Shown here: positions 37,386 through 48,082 of the stretch, in pieces | How the letters are laid out: each line of letters opens with the position of its first letter | How positions within the stretch are numbered: position 1 is the first letter of the stretch | Assembly: GCA_963810935.1 (NCBI GenBank) | Contig: CAWEPK010000005.1 | Location: forward strand, 1-64,000 | DNA: 64,000 nucleotides | DNA from: an uncultured delta proteobacterium | GTDB taxonomy: Bacteria > Desulfobacterota > Syntrophorhabdia > Syntrophorhabdales > WCHB1-27 | Reading direction: 5' to 3' | Position numbers and translations under genes: made by a program | The notes under the pieces: generated by a model | What the model was told of the DNA's origin: nothing | Seen by the model: only the letters and a program-made list of their open reading frames with translations | Database searches by the model: none

Positions 37386-38756
37386 TCAACCAACCCGTCT
37401 TATAAGATGTCTGTAGTTTGGGGAATAACCTAAATGAGCCGCCTTTGAAAAACCTGAATGAGACATGTCCGCATCTGCTCGTTTCAGCGAAGAGCGTATG
37501 CTCTTCGATAAAACCACTCCTGCCGGTATCCACACGAACCATTGAAAGAGCGCGTTTGTCTCCGAAAAACCGATAACGAGCGTGCACACAAAGTAAGCCG
37601 AATACGCCAATACGAAGTTCTTCTCGATACCGGGCTGCGAAGACCTGTAGGCCCTGCGAAGAGCTTTAAGAAGGCTTAAGATAAGGCACAGAAAAACTGT
37701 CCAGCCCAGAAAGCCCGTTTCGAGAAGAAGTCTGACATGGTCGCTTTGAGTATATGCGGTGAAATTGCTCAGCCCACGACCCAGAAATGGATGATCCATG
37801 ACGAGAGGCAGCATGATGCTCCAGGCGCCAATCCTCCCACTGAAGGTCAAGTTACCCGTACCAAATTCTCCAAGACGCATTGACTCTAACGGCACAACAA
37901 GCAGCACGAACAATGCCAGGAGGGGCACCGCCAGGAGCAGACCCTTATTTCTCTTCAGGCCAATAACCATAATGCCCGCCATTACGCCGAACCATGACGA
38001 CCTTGTATAAGTGAGAAACAAAAAGAAAAACAATAATACAACGCAAGATGCAAAAAATAACCGGCGTTGTTGCCTCATTTTTCTGTCCATGGCCATTGTA
38101 ATACATAAGAGCAAAGGAAAAGTGAGATACGATGCGAGTTCCACTGGATTGCCAAACGTGCCCATGATCCTATTGTAATGCTCCCACGATGGAACATCGG
38201 CAAGGAAGCCGGCGTGGAAGACGATCTGATATATACCCAGCGCCAGCGGAATCACCAGGGACAAAAGCAGAACTTTTATGAATCGGGCTATGTTTTTCTC
38301 TCCCGTAAACGTAAGCCCTGCAAGTATATAAATAAAAATGAAGCTGCCGATTCTGTTCCATTCCTTTATTGCTGACACGTAGTCCGTAGTCCTTGGCACG
38401 AACTTGCTGAGCCAACCTATCCTCAGCCCCGCGTTGCCTGGAGCTAATATGATACTTATGCCCATGACCAGCCAGAGAGCCGTGAAGACCTGCACAGCAG
38501 GCATTTTTGAGAGCCTCACCTTCGATGACACCACCATCCACATGCCGGCCAGGAGCATCATCGTCTGCAGCGGCCCACCCAAGGCAATCGTTGCTGCGGA
38601 GCCTGGGATGGCCATGGTCATTCTCATGAGTGGCTGAAGTGCGGGCATCGCAAGCACGTAAAGCAGAAGACCCGCATTTGCATTTATCAAAAGCAGAATA
38701 GCCAAAAAGAAGCCGAAAGGGATGCCGATAACCCATACCCAGACGTCGTGCATCAA
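37386..38756 (-). CDS. O-antigen ligase / Wzy polymerase-like membrane protein
   Basis: Multi-TM; RIMGTFGNP, TYTRSSW, GRIGAW...PFLGRG and H..LLLETG. Confidence 0.85.
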   Translation of the reverse strand: MMHDVWVWVIGIPFGFFLAILLLINANAGLLLYVLAMPALQPLMRMTMAIPGSAATIALGGPLQTMMLLAGMWMVVSSKVRLSKMPAVQVFTALWLVMGISIILAPGNAGLRIGWLSKFVPRTTDYVSAIKEWNRIGSFIFIYILAGLTFTGEKNIARFIKVLLLSLVIPLALGIYQIVFHAGFLADVPSWEHYNRIMGTFGNPVELASYLTFPLLLCITMAMDRKMRQQRRLFFASCVVLLFFFLFLTYTRSSWFGVMAGIMVIGLKRNKGLLLAVPLLALFVLLVVPLESMRLGEFGTGNLTFSGRIGAWSIMLPLVMDHPFLGRGLSNFTAYTQSDHVRLLLETGFLGWTVFLCLILSLLKALRRAYRSSQPGIEKNFVLAYSAYFVCTLVIGFSETNALFQWFVWIPAGVVLSKSIRSSLKRADADMSHSGFSKAAHLGYSPNYRHLIRRVG

Positions 38757-38795
38757 TCCCTCTCAGGCAGCCCAATGGCGGCAGAGCGCAACAAG

Positions 38796-39737
38796 CTATA
38801 GCATTCCTTTATTGCGGGCCAGTTTCTGAAATAGCATCTTGGGCGGCAGGAACGAAAAACTATGCCTCATAACATTCTTGCACGCCCGAATCCATACCTT
38901 CTTCTTGTCATCTCCCCTCCTGAAGTGCCAGGCCAGATAGAGCAAAAAATGGAGTCCAAACGTATAAGCCCTGAATATCATTTCAACGGCACGGCCGTAT
39001 TGTCTCCCAATCAGAAGAGAGGTTCCCCGCAGGGCCACGGGCAAGATGATATCATGGATCGGTCCCGCCGTACCCGCATGTTGATGAATAAGGGTTCCGG
39101 CCGTGTTTACGTAAATACCGTAATTCTTCTTTTCCGCCTCTACGGATAAAGCAACATCTTCGGGGCAGAAAAAATAATCTTCACAAAAGAAACCCAAATC
39201 TGCAAGCGTATCTCTTCTAACCATGAAACAGCACCCCGTTAAGCCTTCCGTTTTAAAGATCGTCATGTTTTTTGGGCGGGGTGTCTTTCTGCATAAATCC
39301 ATTCCCCCGGGCGTTCCCAGCAAGAACCAGGTTAGCAGTCCATACCGCTCTCTGCCACACGTCTGGACATTACCGTCGCCATATAGAACAACAGGCGATA
39401 CGAAATGAGCGTCAGGCACGCTTTCAAAGGTCTTTATCAGTATGTCTATTGTGTTGTCGACAAAAAAGGTATCATCGTTCAAAACAAGGCAGTACCTGCC
39501 CTGCGAGTTCTTCAGCGCGAGATTATGGTTTTCCGCATAGCCTCTGATTTCATTGCTTTCAATAATCCTTACGTCAGGGAAGGCATTTCGTAAGGCTATT
39601 AGATTTTCGGGAGTGAAACGATACGCCACAACAATGATCTCATAATCAATACCGTCGCCGTACTTTTGCAAAGACGTGATGCATCTTGACAGGTTCGGTA
39701 GCTGATTATACGACACTATTGAGATACTTAAGTCCAT
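38796..39737 (-). CDS. Glycosyltransferase family 2
   Basis: SISIVSYN, GYAENHN, LNDD and FCEDYFFCPED motifs. Confidence 0.88.
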   Translation of the reverse strand: MDLSISIVSYNQLPNLSRCITSLQKYGDGIDYEIIVVAYRFTPENLIALRNAFPDVRIIESNEIRGYAENHNLALKNSQGRYCLVLNDDTFFVDNTIDILIKTFESVPDAHFVSPVVLYGDGNVQTCGRERYGLLTWFLLGTPGGMDLCRKTPRPKNMTIFKTEGLTGCCFMVRRDTLADLGFFCEDYFFCPEDVALSVEAEKKNYGIYVNTAGTLIHQHAGTAGPIHDIILPVALRGTSLLIGRQYGRAVEMIFRAYTFGLHFLLYLAWHFRRGDDKKKVWIRACKNVMRHSFSFLPPKMLFQKLARNKGML

Positions 39738-40735
39738 TCAATCTTCTCTTCGCAAGTAAAAACAGGCGGTGTCGCCCTCATTCCTGTCGTTCAACTCCCT
39801 GGCTCTTACACGAAACTCATCCAACTCGTCTCTCGAGAAAAATCCTTTCAGTGCTTCCTCACCACCAACTCCTAAATTCACCTTGATAGAGATATGCCCC
39901 GCGAATAGAGTTCGCTTGCCCAGAATTGGAAGTCAGTCGAGTCGTAAATAATATTCTCTATGCTGAACTCCGTTTGTTTAGCTAGAATCGTCATACTCTC
40001 AGTTGAATGTAAGAACAAGTGCCGCGGAGCATCCAGGGCGACCCAATTAGTCCGGTACTTACGCCAGGCGTATGACCTGCTCACCGGGATGCGTATCAAG
40101 ACATAGTGTCCGGGTCTGAGAATGCGATGTATCTCCTGAAGGATTTCAAATGGATTGGGCATATGCTCGAAGGAATGACTGAGGAGAACGAAATCATACG
40201 AACCTGAAACGTCGCTCAAGTCGCTACGGTAAATTTTAATACCGTCCTTGTAAATAACATCTTTGTCTACGTATTGATCGATACCGGCAAGGCTCGTAAA
40301 ACCGACCTCTTTTAGGTCAAGGAGAAAATCCCCGTTGCCGCAGCCAACGTCCAGTATCGAGTCGCCGAAATCTACTTTTGCATTCTTTAACCATTCACAA
40401 TAGGCTGGGAAACCATACATCTTCGAGAGAATCCTTCCAAGGGAACCTGCCCCATGCAAAGCATATTTCATCCTTTGCTTTTTCAAAGCACGTCTCAGGA
40501 AGTTATTGCTCCGCTCCCTATTAGCAAAAGAATAGTAGTTCGCAGGATAGTAATCAGAAAGACGCTCCGGGACGGTCTCAATTTGAAGGCACCCGCACCC
40601 GGCACATTCGAAGTACGTAAATTCATCGCCACGTCCGAACATCATTTCTCGCCCTACATATCGCTTATTGCCATGCATGCTACCGCATATCCTGCAAACG
40701 GGCATGCCCTCTATTTGAGATAGGTCTTTTTCCAC
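39738..40735 (-). CDS. Class I SAM-dependent methyltransferase with N-terminal Zn ribbon (apparent frameshift near 39887)
   Basis: CRIC..CAGC, LDVGCGNG, HSFEH and DAPRHL; the tail ELNDRNEGDTACFYLR lies in the shifted frame and ends next to the downstream ATG. Confidence 0.85.
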
Positions 40736-40849
40736 GTATGTCTCCGTTGCTACTTTATAAGCGTCGCTGATATCCCGAGCAACTAAGTACTTAGAGGTTG
40801 CAACGCCGTCAAAAACGGTGACGACTCCCTCTGGAAGATAATCGTAAAT

Positions 40850-42136
40850 TCACCCAAATTGTTCTTCCTTCGCTCGGCTTGCTTCGGGGACCGATACTCG
40901 GCCATATCTGCGCCAGCAGAAATAACCGGCAATCGAAAGTATGATTCCTTGTGAAACAAAGTTAACGAGGGCGGCAGCTATCGCTCCGTACCGCGGAATA
41001 AAATACACGTTGCCACATAGACTGAAGACTGCACCAGTAAAGCTGGCTATCACAAAGAGTTTGTCGCGACCCGACGCCATTATCCCCCATGCGAAAACGT
41101 CGCTGATTAACAATTCAATCTTCGAAACGAATAGAATTAGAAAAGGCCATGTTGAGGCGCTGAATCGAGGGCCAAAAAGAAGGTTAACCAAGCGCGGACC
41201 TATGGCAAACATAGCTCCTGCTACAACAGATCCCACGCATAGGTACAACAGGCCTATCTTTTTCTGCCTGTGCCAGATTTGCTGCGGGTTCTGTTTAAGC
41301 CAGACTACAAATCTTGGATAGAGCAACATTCCGGAGGTGGCTGTCAAAAAAGATAGCGGAGCAATCAGAGAAGTTGCAGCTCGATATACCCCGGCCTGCT
41401 CGAAGCTGGCAAATCGGGCCAGCAATATCATGTCTAACTGGACATAAGCGAACACCGTGCATACTACTGCAAATGCCCATCTGCTTTCATACAACAGCGC
41501 TTTAACCTCACTATAATCAAAACGACCAAAGATAGAGGCACTTGTTCGTCTTCGTACGTACCTCCATGTGAGACACAGGCCGACAACGTTCGAAACGGCC
41601 AGTACCGCTATATCGGAGCCGGCAGGCATTCCGGGCCGAAAGAAAGATACATACGCTGCCGCCGCCACGAAAGACGTAAGGCACATAACGCGATTTTGAA
41701 CGGGAAGTTCTTCCAGACCCTGCAAAATCCATCCTGTATTTATGGCAGAGGTGAACATAAAAAATGCGCCCATCAGCCACGCCATGCCGAACGGTAATCT
41801 ACTGAGCAATAAGTAAATACTATAGAATACCCATAAGACAAACATGCATGCGCCTATACGCCACCGCAGGCCTACAATTACTTCTATTGTTTCCTTCGCC
41901 CTCTCTTTCGCGCCTGCTATCTTCCTGGTGCCAACAATATCAAGGCCGAGGTTAACGAATAGAGAACATGCAGCGGAGGTGGCGAGGATAAGGCCGGAAA
42001 CACCCAAATTCTTTGGCCCCATGCATCGTACCATCCAGGCAGTCGTGAGGAAGTTTATAGCCTTCATCACTACCTGCCAGCCGACCAATTCTGTCGCCTG
42101 ACGAAAAACATTATTCTTAATAACAGCGCGTATCAT
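40850..42136 (-). CDS. wzx: Wzx-type oligosaccharide flippase
   Basis: About 12 TM; DMILL...AGVYRAA and IPRYGAIAAA, typical of MOP-family PST flippases. Confidence 0.85.
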   Translation of the reverse strand: MIRAVIKNNVFRQATELVGWQVVMKAINFLTTAWMVRCMGPKNLGVSGLILATSAACSLFVNLGLDIVGTRKIAGAKERAKETIEVIVGLRWRIGACMFVLWVFYSIYLLLSRLPFGMAWLMGAFFMFTSAINTGWILQGLEELPVQNRVMCLTSFVAAAAYVSFFRPGMPAGSDIAVLAVSNVVGLCLTWRYVRRRTSASIFGRFDYSEVKALLYESRWAFAVVCTVFAYVQLDMILLARFASFEQAGVYRAATSLIAPLSFLTATSGMLLYPRFVVWLKQNPQQIWHRQKKIGLLYLCVGSVVAGAMFAIGPRLVNLLFGPRFSASTWPFLILFVSKIELLISDVFAWGIMASGRDKLFVIASFTGAVFSLCGNVYFIPRYGAIAAALVNFVSQGIILSIAGYFCWRRYGRVSVPEASRAKEEQFG

Positions 42137-42199
42137 AATCTATATTCTATATACAATCACCGAGTAGCTGATTGCAGTCGGATTCGACCGTGAGTACTA

Positions 42200-43273
42200 T
42201 CAATCCGACTGTGACAGGTGTCGCAGGATATCGGCGACGACAATTTTCGGTGTATACTTCGATTCGAAAGTGGCTATGTTGGCCTGACTGAGCTTTGCCT
42301 GTCTTTCCGGGTCCTCCAGCAGCTTGCAGGCCTCTTCAGCGATATGCTCGGGACCCTCGAAGCAAAACTGCTCGTCAAAGTATTCGTTCTTATACAGGGC
42401 TTGCTCGTTATTGTAAAGTTTTTCACCAACAATAGGAAGGCCAAGCGCCAGCAGCTCGCCCAGTTTAAAAGAAAGGCAGTCATACACCCCTCGCACGTAA
42501 ATACCTATTCTAGCCCGAGACATAAGACGAAGGTAGGAATAGTGACGCATAGGATCGACCCTGAGATCGTCAAGACCATCCGGCAGTTTTTGCGCGCTGA
42601 GCAGGCCGACAATCCCGTTCAGATTCCTCTTCCTGATCTCGCGTACAAGTAGGTAGCGATCTTGATTAATATCTGAATCAAAATTCTCGTAAAAGCGTAT
42701 TAAAAATAACAGATCGAGATCTTTGACGCTTCCGCGCCATGCCCTAAACTGGTCCAGTTTTCTCAGACTCAGCATCGTTTTAAACCTTCTGACAGCGCTG
42801 TTTAGGGGCCATTGCATACGGCTGGAGGGAAGTGCACGGGGCCAGAAAAGCCATGGCTTTGGCGGTTGCAGAGGAAAGACAATAGGTACCGGAACAATCT
42901 TTTCTTTGAATGGCTGAAGATATTGATTGTCGTTTACTACGGTTTCTTTAAAATTGACTTTGAAATATAGTTTTACCTGATTAAGAAGAGGGAGATGATA
43001 CTCGGAGCCAAGGTTGCTGTCTTTAGTGTCGATGCAGAAAAAGAACTCGTCCTCTCCCGCCCTTGCACGAAACAACATAATCGAGGACAAGATTTTCCTG
43101 CATTCCTCAGACAACTTCATCTCCTCAAGAAGCCCCGGCATCTTTCTGGAAATGGACATCCGGTACCCAAGCTCTTCGCTGTTTTCAAGAAACCCGGCAA
43201 GAAAGAAACTGGAGTAATTTAGATCACTGAAGTCGTAGAAAGTGATTCTATCAATGCGCCCCTTTTTCAGCAA
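42200..43273 (-). CDS. Hypothetical protein with a glycosyltransferase-like C-terminus
   Basis: SFKLGELLALGLPIV ... LLEDPERQAKL resembles a GT-B C-terminal half. Confidence 0.6.
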   Translation of the reverse strand: MLKKGRIDRITFYDFSDLNYSSFFLAGFLENSEELGYRMSISRKMPGLLEEMKLSEECRKILSSIMLFRARAGEDEFFFCIDTKDSNLGSEYHLPLLNQVKLYFKVNFKETVVNDNQYLQPFKEKIVPVPIVFPLQPPKPWLFWPRALPSSRMQWPLNSAVRRFKTMLSLRKLDQFRAWRGSVKDLDLLFLIRFYENFDSDINQDRYLLVREIRKRNLNGIVGLLSAQKLPDGLDDLRVDPMRHYSYLRLMSRARIGIYVRGVYDCLSFKLGELLALGLPIVGEKLYNNEQALYKNEYFDEQFCFEGPEHIAEEACKLLEDPERQAKLSQANIATFESKYTPKIVVADILRHLSQSD

Positions 43274-43346
43274 ATGTTACCTCCCTGCCTCGGTCTTTCG
43301 TGAGTCGGACCACGCTAACTCGTAGTTATTTAAATTACATGTCTGC

Positions 43347-43601
43347 TTAATTGCTGACTATATATCCCATGTCCGGCTGAAGCGTGGGCTGTTTTGCAAT
43401 GCCCGTCGCCGCAGCAGTGTTCGAGGGGTCTACAAAAACCATAGCCTTTTGAAAGGCCCTTTTGAACCATCGGTGTACCGGAACAACCGAGTTGACCTGC
43501 AGGTTCTGCACCCATCCGATCCCTGACGCCGAGGGGAAGAAACCGAGCACGGCGATGCAATAGTGATCCGTGCCGGGCGGCAATTGATAGGACACTATAG
43601 G
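43347..43601 (-). pseudogene. Diverged duplicate of the 3' end of the upstream hydrolase-like gene
   Basis: LPPGTDHYCIAVLGFFPSASGIGWVQNLQVNSVVP versus LPPGTDHYCVAALGVFPSALGTGWVQNLQINSIVP. Confidence 0.85.
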
Positions 43602-43789
43602 ATACCGAAATCGGAGAACATTGCGATAAAGCCGATGAAGATCTTCGCAAAATTAACGATCCCGTAATCCACTGACGAAAGGTGGCGGGCCAGGATGATA
43701 TTCGAAAGCACCGCCGAACCAAAAAACACGCCGGATACGATTGCGTTGTATCCGATATTAACAGTCGTCCTGGCCCCGATTCCGTTCAT
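43595..43789 (-). pseudogene. N-terminal fragment of a second Wzx flippase
   Basis: IILARHLSSVDYGIV...FSDFGI is the classic Wzx N-terminus; it is cut off after about 64 codons. Confidence 0.8.
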
Positions 43790-45430
43790 GCCTTTTTTGT
43801 GGAAATATAGTATCGATAAACGAGGAGGGGGCGCACTGACAAAAGAGCTTCCTGTTTCCTTTCCTGACTGCCGACAACTGCTCCGGTGGTCCGTTGAAGC
43901 ATAGGCTGTTTCGCTATGCCCGTTAGCGCCGCTGTGTTCGAGGGATTTAAAAAAACCGTAGCGTTTTGGAAGGCCCTCTTGAACCATTGCCTGGCAGGAA
44001 CTATCGAATTGATCTGCAGGTTCTGCACCCAGCCGGTGCCCAACGCCGAGGGGAAGACCCCGAGCGCGGCCACGCAGTAGTGGTCCGTTCCGGGGGGCAA
44101 CGGCAAGGAGACGTTATAGGCTTTCCAGTCATAGGTGCCCAGATCGAAAGGCAAATCGGCGCCCGCCTGAAGGAGCGCATTGTTCGCATCATAAAACTTT
44201 CCCAGAAGCGCGAACCTCATCCAGGAGACAGAGCCCGCTCGCACATTGGAACCCTTGGCCGAGCACGATATGTTGAGGGTGCCCCTATTCGAGCCGGCAA
44301 GACCGATGCATCGGCTCGTGTATGCTCCGTTCGACCCCTTGCTCGCAAATTGCAAGGCCGGAATTCCGTTGTCTTGGACGATACTGACACCGCTCGTCGC
44401 TGCCCAGCCTGTCATGCCGTTTGACATCGGACGCTGGATTACCGTTGATGCGAACGATGAAGGCGGCAGCGACTCCAGTGCCGGACCCAAATCCGATGTA
44501 TACTCCGCCCACGAGGTCAACGGTGTGCCGGATGCCGGGGCGTCGAAGGAGAAATAGGCGTTTTGGTTACATAGCAGCAGGAAGCTCGCAAAACAGAAGA
44601 GGAATTGTCTATGAAGCGCATCCCCGCTCCCCCGTGAGCCGCTGTGGACCAGCGCCATCTTATTGAGCTTCAGGAGGTCGGCAAAAGCTTGCATTTCCGA
44701 AAGCCACTGTACGCTGTCCTCGTAATGATCAACCGCCTGCCAGGACCCGTGGACGAACCCCTCCATCATTATCCCATCCACGTGCTCGATATATTCTTTT
44801 GCGTCGTCACAATTGATGATAATCGTCTTGTCCGGTAAAGCGGCCTTAACATCCTTCAGAAAGGAAGAGACGGCGGCGCTGTACGACTGAACGTAAGCAG
44901 GGTTTACGGTAGCGGGGGTTTTTCCGCCTTCGACGACAAAACCTTCCGGATTTATCTTTGCATACACATCGTCGAGGAATATGCCGTCAAACATTGGATA
45001 AGCAGCGAGTTTCTTCCCGAGGTACCGCATGAGATGCCGGCGGAACCCGGCATTGGTTATATCCATGAGGTACCAGCCGAAGGGTTCCTTTACCAAACGT
45101 TTGTTTGTCGCCGCGTCCCTTACGAACCAGTCGGGGTGTTTCGAGGCCTCGCTAAAATCGTCGTAAGAGGTTATCATGCCGGCCAGATCGCGGTAGAATA
45201 TCACCTTGATGGCCGGATTTATTCGCTTGACCTTTGCAACCGAGGCGCTCTTCCACCATTCCGTTATAACGAGATCGTAGGTCTTCGCTATACCGGCCGG
45301 ATACTTGTCCAATAAGGGAGAAGAGCCGTAAACCGTTATGTGACGTTTGAACGGTTCATGGGCAAACCCCGCCGAAGTAAAACCGATTAAAAATAAGGCA
45401 CGCAAGGGCAAGTGAAAAAGCGCTTTTCAT
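43786..45430 (-). CDS. Secreted putative glycoside hydrolase-like (TIM barrel) protein with a CBM-like insert
   Basis: HPDWF, MDIT, FDGIFLDD, DGIMMEGF and DLGTYDWK. The signal peptide MKSAFSLALACL from ATG 45430 joins the main frame if one base of an A5 run near 45390 is removed (ORF track start 45411). Confidence 0.7.
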
Positions 45431-45565
45431 CATTATCATCATTACCCTTGGCGGATAGCGGGTAACTTCACCAATATCAGGACAAATGGGATATCGAATC
45501 AGGAAGGGCTACAAAATTACTTGATACTGTTTGTTTTTAAAACCAGCGTTTTGATGTTCTTGGAG

Positions 45566-45577
45566 CAGGCTACCGCC
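45566..45577 (-). promoter_or_regulatory. ops / JUMPstart-type antitermination element
   Basis: GGCGGTAGCCTG matches the GGCGGTAGnnTG consensus; it lies in the leader and orientation of the polysaccharide operon. Confidence 0.7.
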
Positions 45578-45960
45578 GCTGGGTGATTCTCAACCCTTTG
45601 GACCTGCGAATTAAAATGTTAGTAAACATACTACTACCCAAATGCATTACACAACAGTACGTATTGTATTACGAACTTTATGGCGACGCAAACTATATTA
45701 AGTACGCAGCACAGAGCAATCACCATGAACCTGGATGAGCGACCGGACAAGCCCACCCGGCCACAAATATGTTATCGGTAGAAAAAACAAAAAATTTTAG
45801 TACGGTGGGTATCGTCTAAGGGGCGCCGTCTTAAGCTATCCGTTCAGGTTCAGTAAAAAGAGATACTTTTTACTCCAGTGGTACTCTAAGAAGCAGTGAA
45901 CGGCGAGACCGGAATAGAAGCCTGGGTTGCCTGGCTATGAAACACTCAACGGTGGCACGC

Positions 45961-47226
45961 TCACTGGAGGATCGCGTGCTGCACAAAAAACCGGACCATG
46001 ACCATGTTCCTGTGTGCTATGCTGGCAGGGCTCGCCGCCTTGTTGTCAATCCACACATAATTATAGGACCCTTCCATGTACAAGTCCCTGTTGAACTGGT
46101 ATCGGATGCCTGCGGAGCCATATACCGTATCTGAATTGATTGCTGTTGCCGAGAATTGCCCCGCCTGTGATTTGTTTAAGAAGTATCCGCTGCTCAGAGA
46201 GCCGGAAAGCTCATAGGTAAATTTGCGGCTGATATCGGCAGTGACAAACGTACGCTCGACAGCACCGAGCGAGCCGTAGGCAGGCATTACGTCCCGGCCG
46301 GAGGCCAGGTTCGCCGTTGTTTTCTCCCCGGCATATGCTAACGTCGCTTTCCCGACAAATCCTTGTCCCGTGCTCGTCACGTTTTGCGTAGTAAGTATCG
46401 GCGATATAGAAACCAGAGTGCCTCCAACAACAGTGCCCGTAAAGCCAGCCAATTGGGCCTGTTGGAAATATGCTTCCGTGTAGCGGCCGCCAACATCCAA
46501 CAGGATCTTCCATTTTTCCTGGATTGCGTATTCGAGGCCGGTTGTAGCCTCATAATTATCGAGCGTCAGCCCGGTGTAGCTGTACCTCGTATATCCAAGC
46601 GTAAACCGGGCCTTCGTGTTTTGCACGAAGTCTGAGACGTCCCGTAAAAAGGTGAGCGAGCTGGCATCGTACACTGTATCGACGCCGCGGTTGTCCCTGT
46701 ACCAATACTGCCCGTGGTCGTATGAGAGCGAAGCCGTTGTCAGGCTGGTAAGGGCATAATCGGTCGTGAAACCTTCCGACGAAACCTCTCTTCTTAATGC
46801 ATTCAATACAAGACCTGATGTAAAGAGCTCTCTATCCGGTCTCGAATCGCGGTCGAATGCGCCCCGCAGGGAGACAGTCAGCTTGGGGGTGAAAGCATAT
46901 TTTAAGGCAGCCTTGTAGAACTGGTCCGTGGAATTGAAATCGGGGTTGTCCTTGTAAAGAAGCTGATCGACCCGGGCGCTCACGTCCAGGTTGAGTTTCT
47001 CGGTATTCGTCAGGAGCTGCAAGCCCCCGGACGTCGTGCTTATGTAATCGTGGAACTTCTGACTTGAAGGAGCGTTGTTCGGGGCCAGGAAGATATTGTC
47101 GCTATATTCCAGCTTTTCCGCCACGGACGGCAGGAGACGGAATTCGGCAGCACGTGCAAAAGACGGTAAACATATTAAGGCAAACAGCAGGAGGGAGAGT
47201 ACATCCCATTTCCCTGTCTTGACCAA
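45961..47226 (-). CDS. Outer-membrane beta-barrel protein associated with polysaccharide export
   Basis: Signal peptide, YSDNIF start, alternating aromatic beta strands; directly downstream of the OPX gene. Confidence 0.8.
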   Translation of the reverse strand: MVKTGKWDVLSLLLFALICLPSFARAAEFRLLPSVAEKLEYSDNIFLAPNNAPSSQKFHDYISTTSGGLQLLTNTEKLNLDVSARVDQLLYKDNPDFNSTDQFYKAALKYAFTPKLTVSLRGAFDRDSRPDRELFTSGLVLNALRREVSSEGFTTDYALTSLTTASLSYDHGQYWYRDNRGVDTVYDASSLTFLRDVSDFVQNTKARFTLGYTRYSYTGLTLDNYEATTGLEYAIQEKWKILLDVGGRYTEAYFQQAQLAGFTGTVVGGTLVSISPILTTQNVTSTGQGFVGKATLAYAGEKTTANLASGRDVMPAYGSLGAVERTFVTADISRKFTYELSGSLSSGYFLNKSQAGQFSATAINSDTVYGSAGIRYQFNRDLYMEGSYNYVWIDNKAASPASIAHRNMVMVRFFVQHAILQ

Positions 47227-47250
47227 GCAGACCCCCTTTCCGGCCCCGCA

Positions 47251-47883
47251 TCACGGCACGACAACGATGTCGCCTCGCTTGAGCTCGATATTTTCTTCCA
47301 GGTTTTTCCCATCTACCACATCGTCATAGTGGAACCGGAAAATCTTCGTCTTGCCGTCCTCCTGGCGGAAAACCTTGATGCTCTGCCGCTTGGCGAAGGG
47401 GTTGAGCCCCCCCGCTATTGCCAGGGCCTGAAGGACATTGGTATTTGTGTTCACTGTAATCCTTCCGCTTGCAATTGAGTTCACCCGCCCTATGACGTAG
47501 ATAAGCATGCTGTTGATCTGCCTGACGTCTACGTTAAGCACCGGCTCGGAGACATATTCGGATATCTTCTGCTCCACCTCGGCCTTCAGCTCTCTCAAGG
47601 TCTTGCCTGACGCCTTTATGAGGCCCAAAAGAGGAAAGGAGATGGTGCCGTCCGGCAGTACCACCACGTCTTTTGTCAGGGCCTCGTCTTTCCAGACCGA
47701 GATTGCGACAACGTCGCCGGGACCGATCTGGTATTTGGAATCGACGCTTTCGGTGCCGGTTGCAGGGTCTACTTTCTTGACGGTCACACTGTTTTGTGAA
47801 GGAGCGGCCGGCTTCTTTTCCGCCGACCAGGCAAAAGAGGCCGCCATGAGGACCAAAAAGAGGGCCAAAAACAACTTCTTCAC
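47251..47883 (-). CDS. wza: Short polysaccharide export protein (OPX/Wza family)
   Basis: YQIGPGDV, VLPDGTISFPLLG, ALAIAGG and LKRGDIVVVP; no C-terminal outer-membrane helix. Confidence 0.9.
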   Translation of the reverse strand: MKKLFLALFLVLMAASFAWSAEKKPAAPSQNSVTVKKVDPATGTESVDSKYQIGPGDVVAISVWKDEALTKDVVVLPDGTISFPLLGLIKASGKTLRELKAEVEQKISEYVSEPVLNVDVRQINSMLIYVIGRVNSIASGRITVNTNTNVLQALAIAGGLNPFAKRQSIKVFRQEDGKTKIFRFHYDDVVDGKNLEENIELKRGDIVVVP

Positions 47884-48082
47884 TTTGTTACACCTCCGTT
47901 GAAGCTATAACGGAACGAAGGGAAACGCCTCGTCTCTTGAATCAAGAAGAACATTACCAAATATGACCGGTTTAATGCAACAACAAAATATGAAAAAACC
48001 AGGCTACGGCTCGCAAATCGGGTGGAACAAGGTCGGTGCGGGCTGAAGAGTAAGCAATTCGCAGGGCCACACCCGGCTCCCG

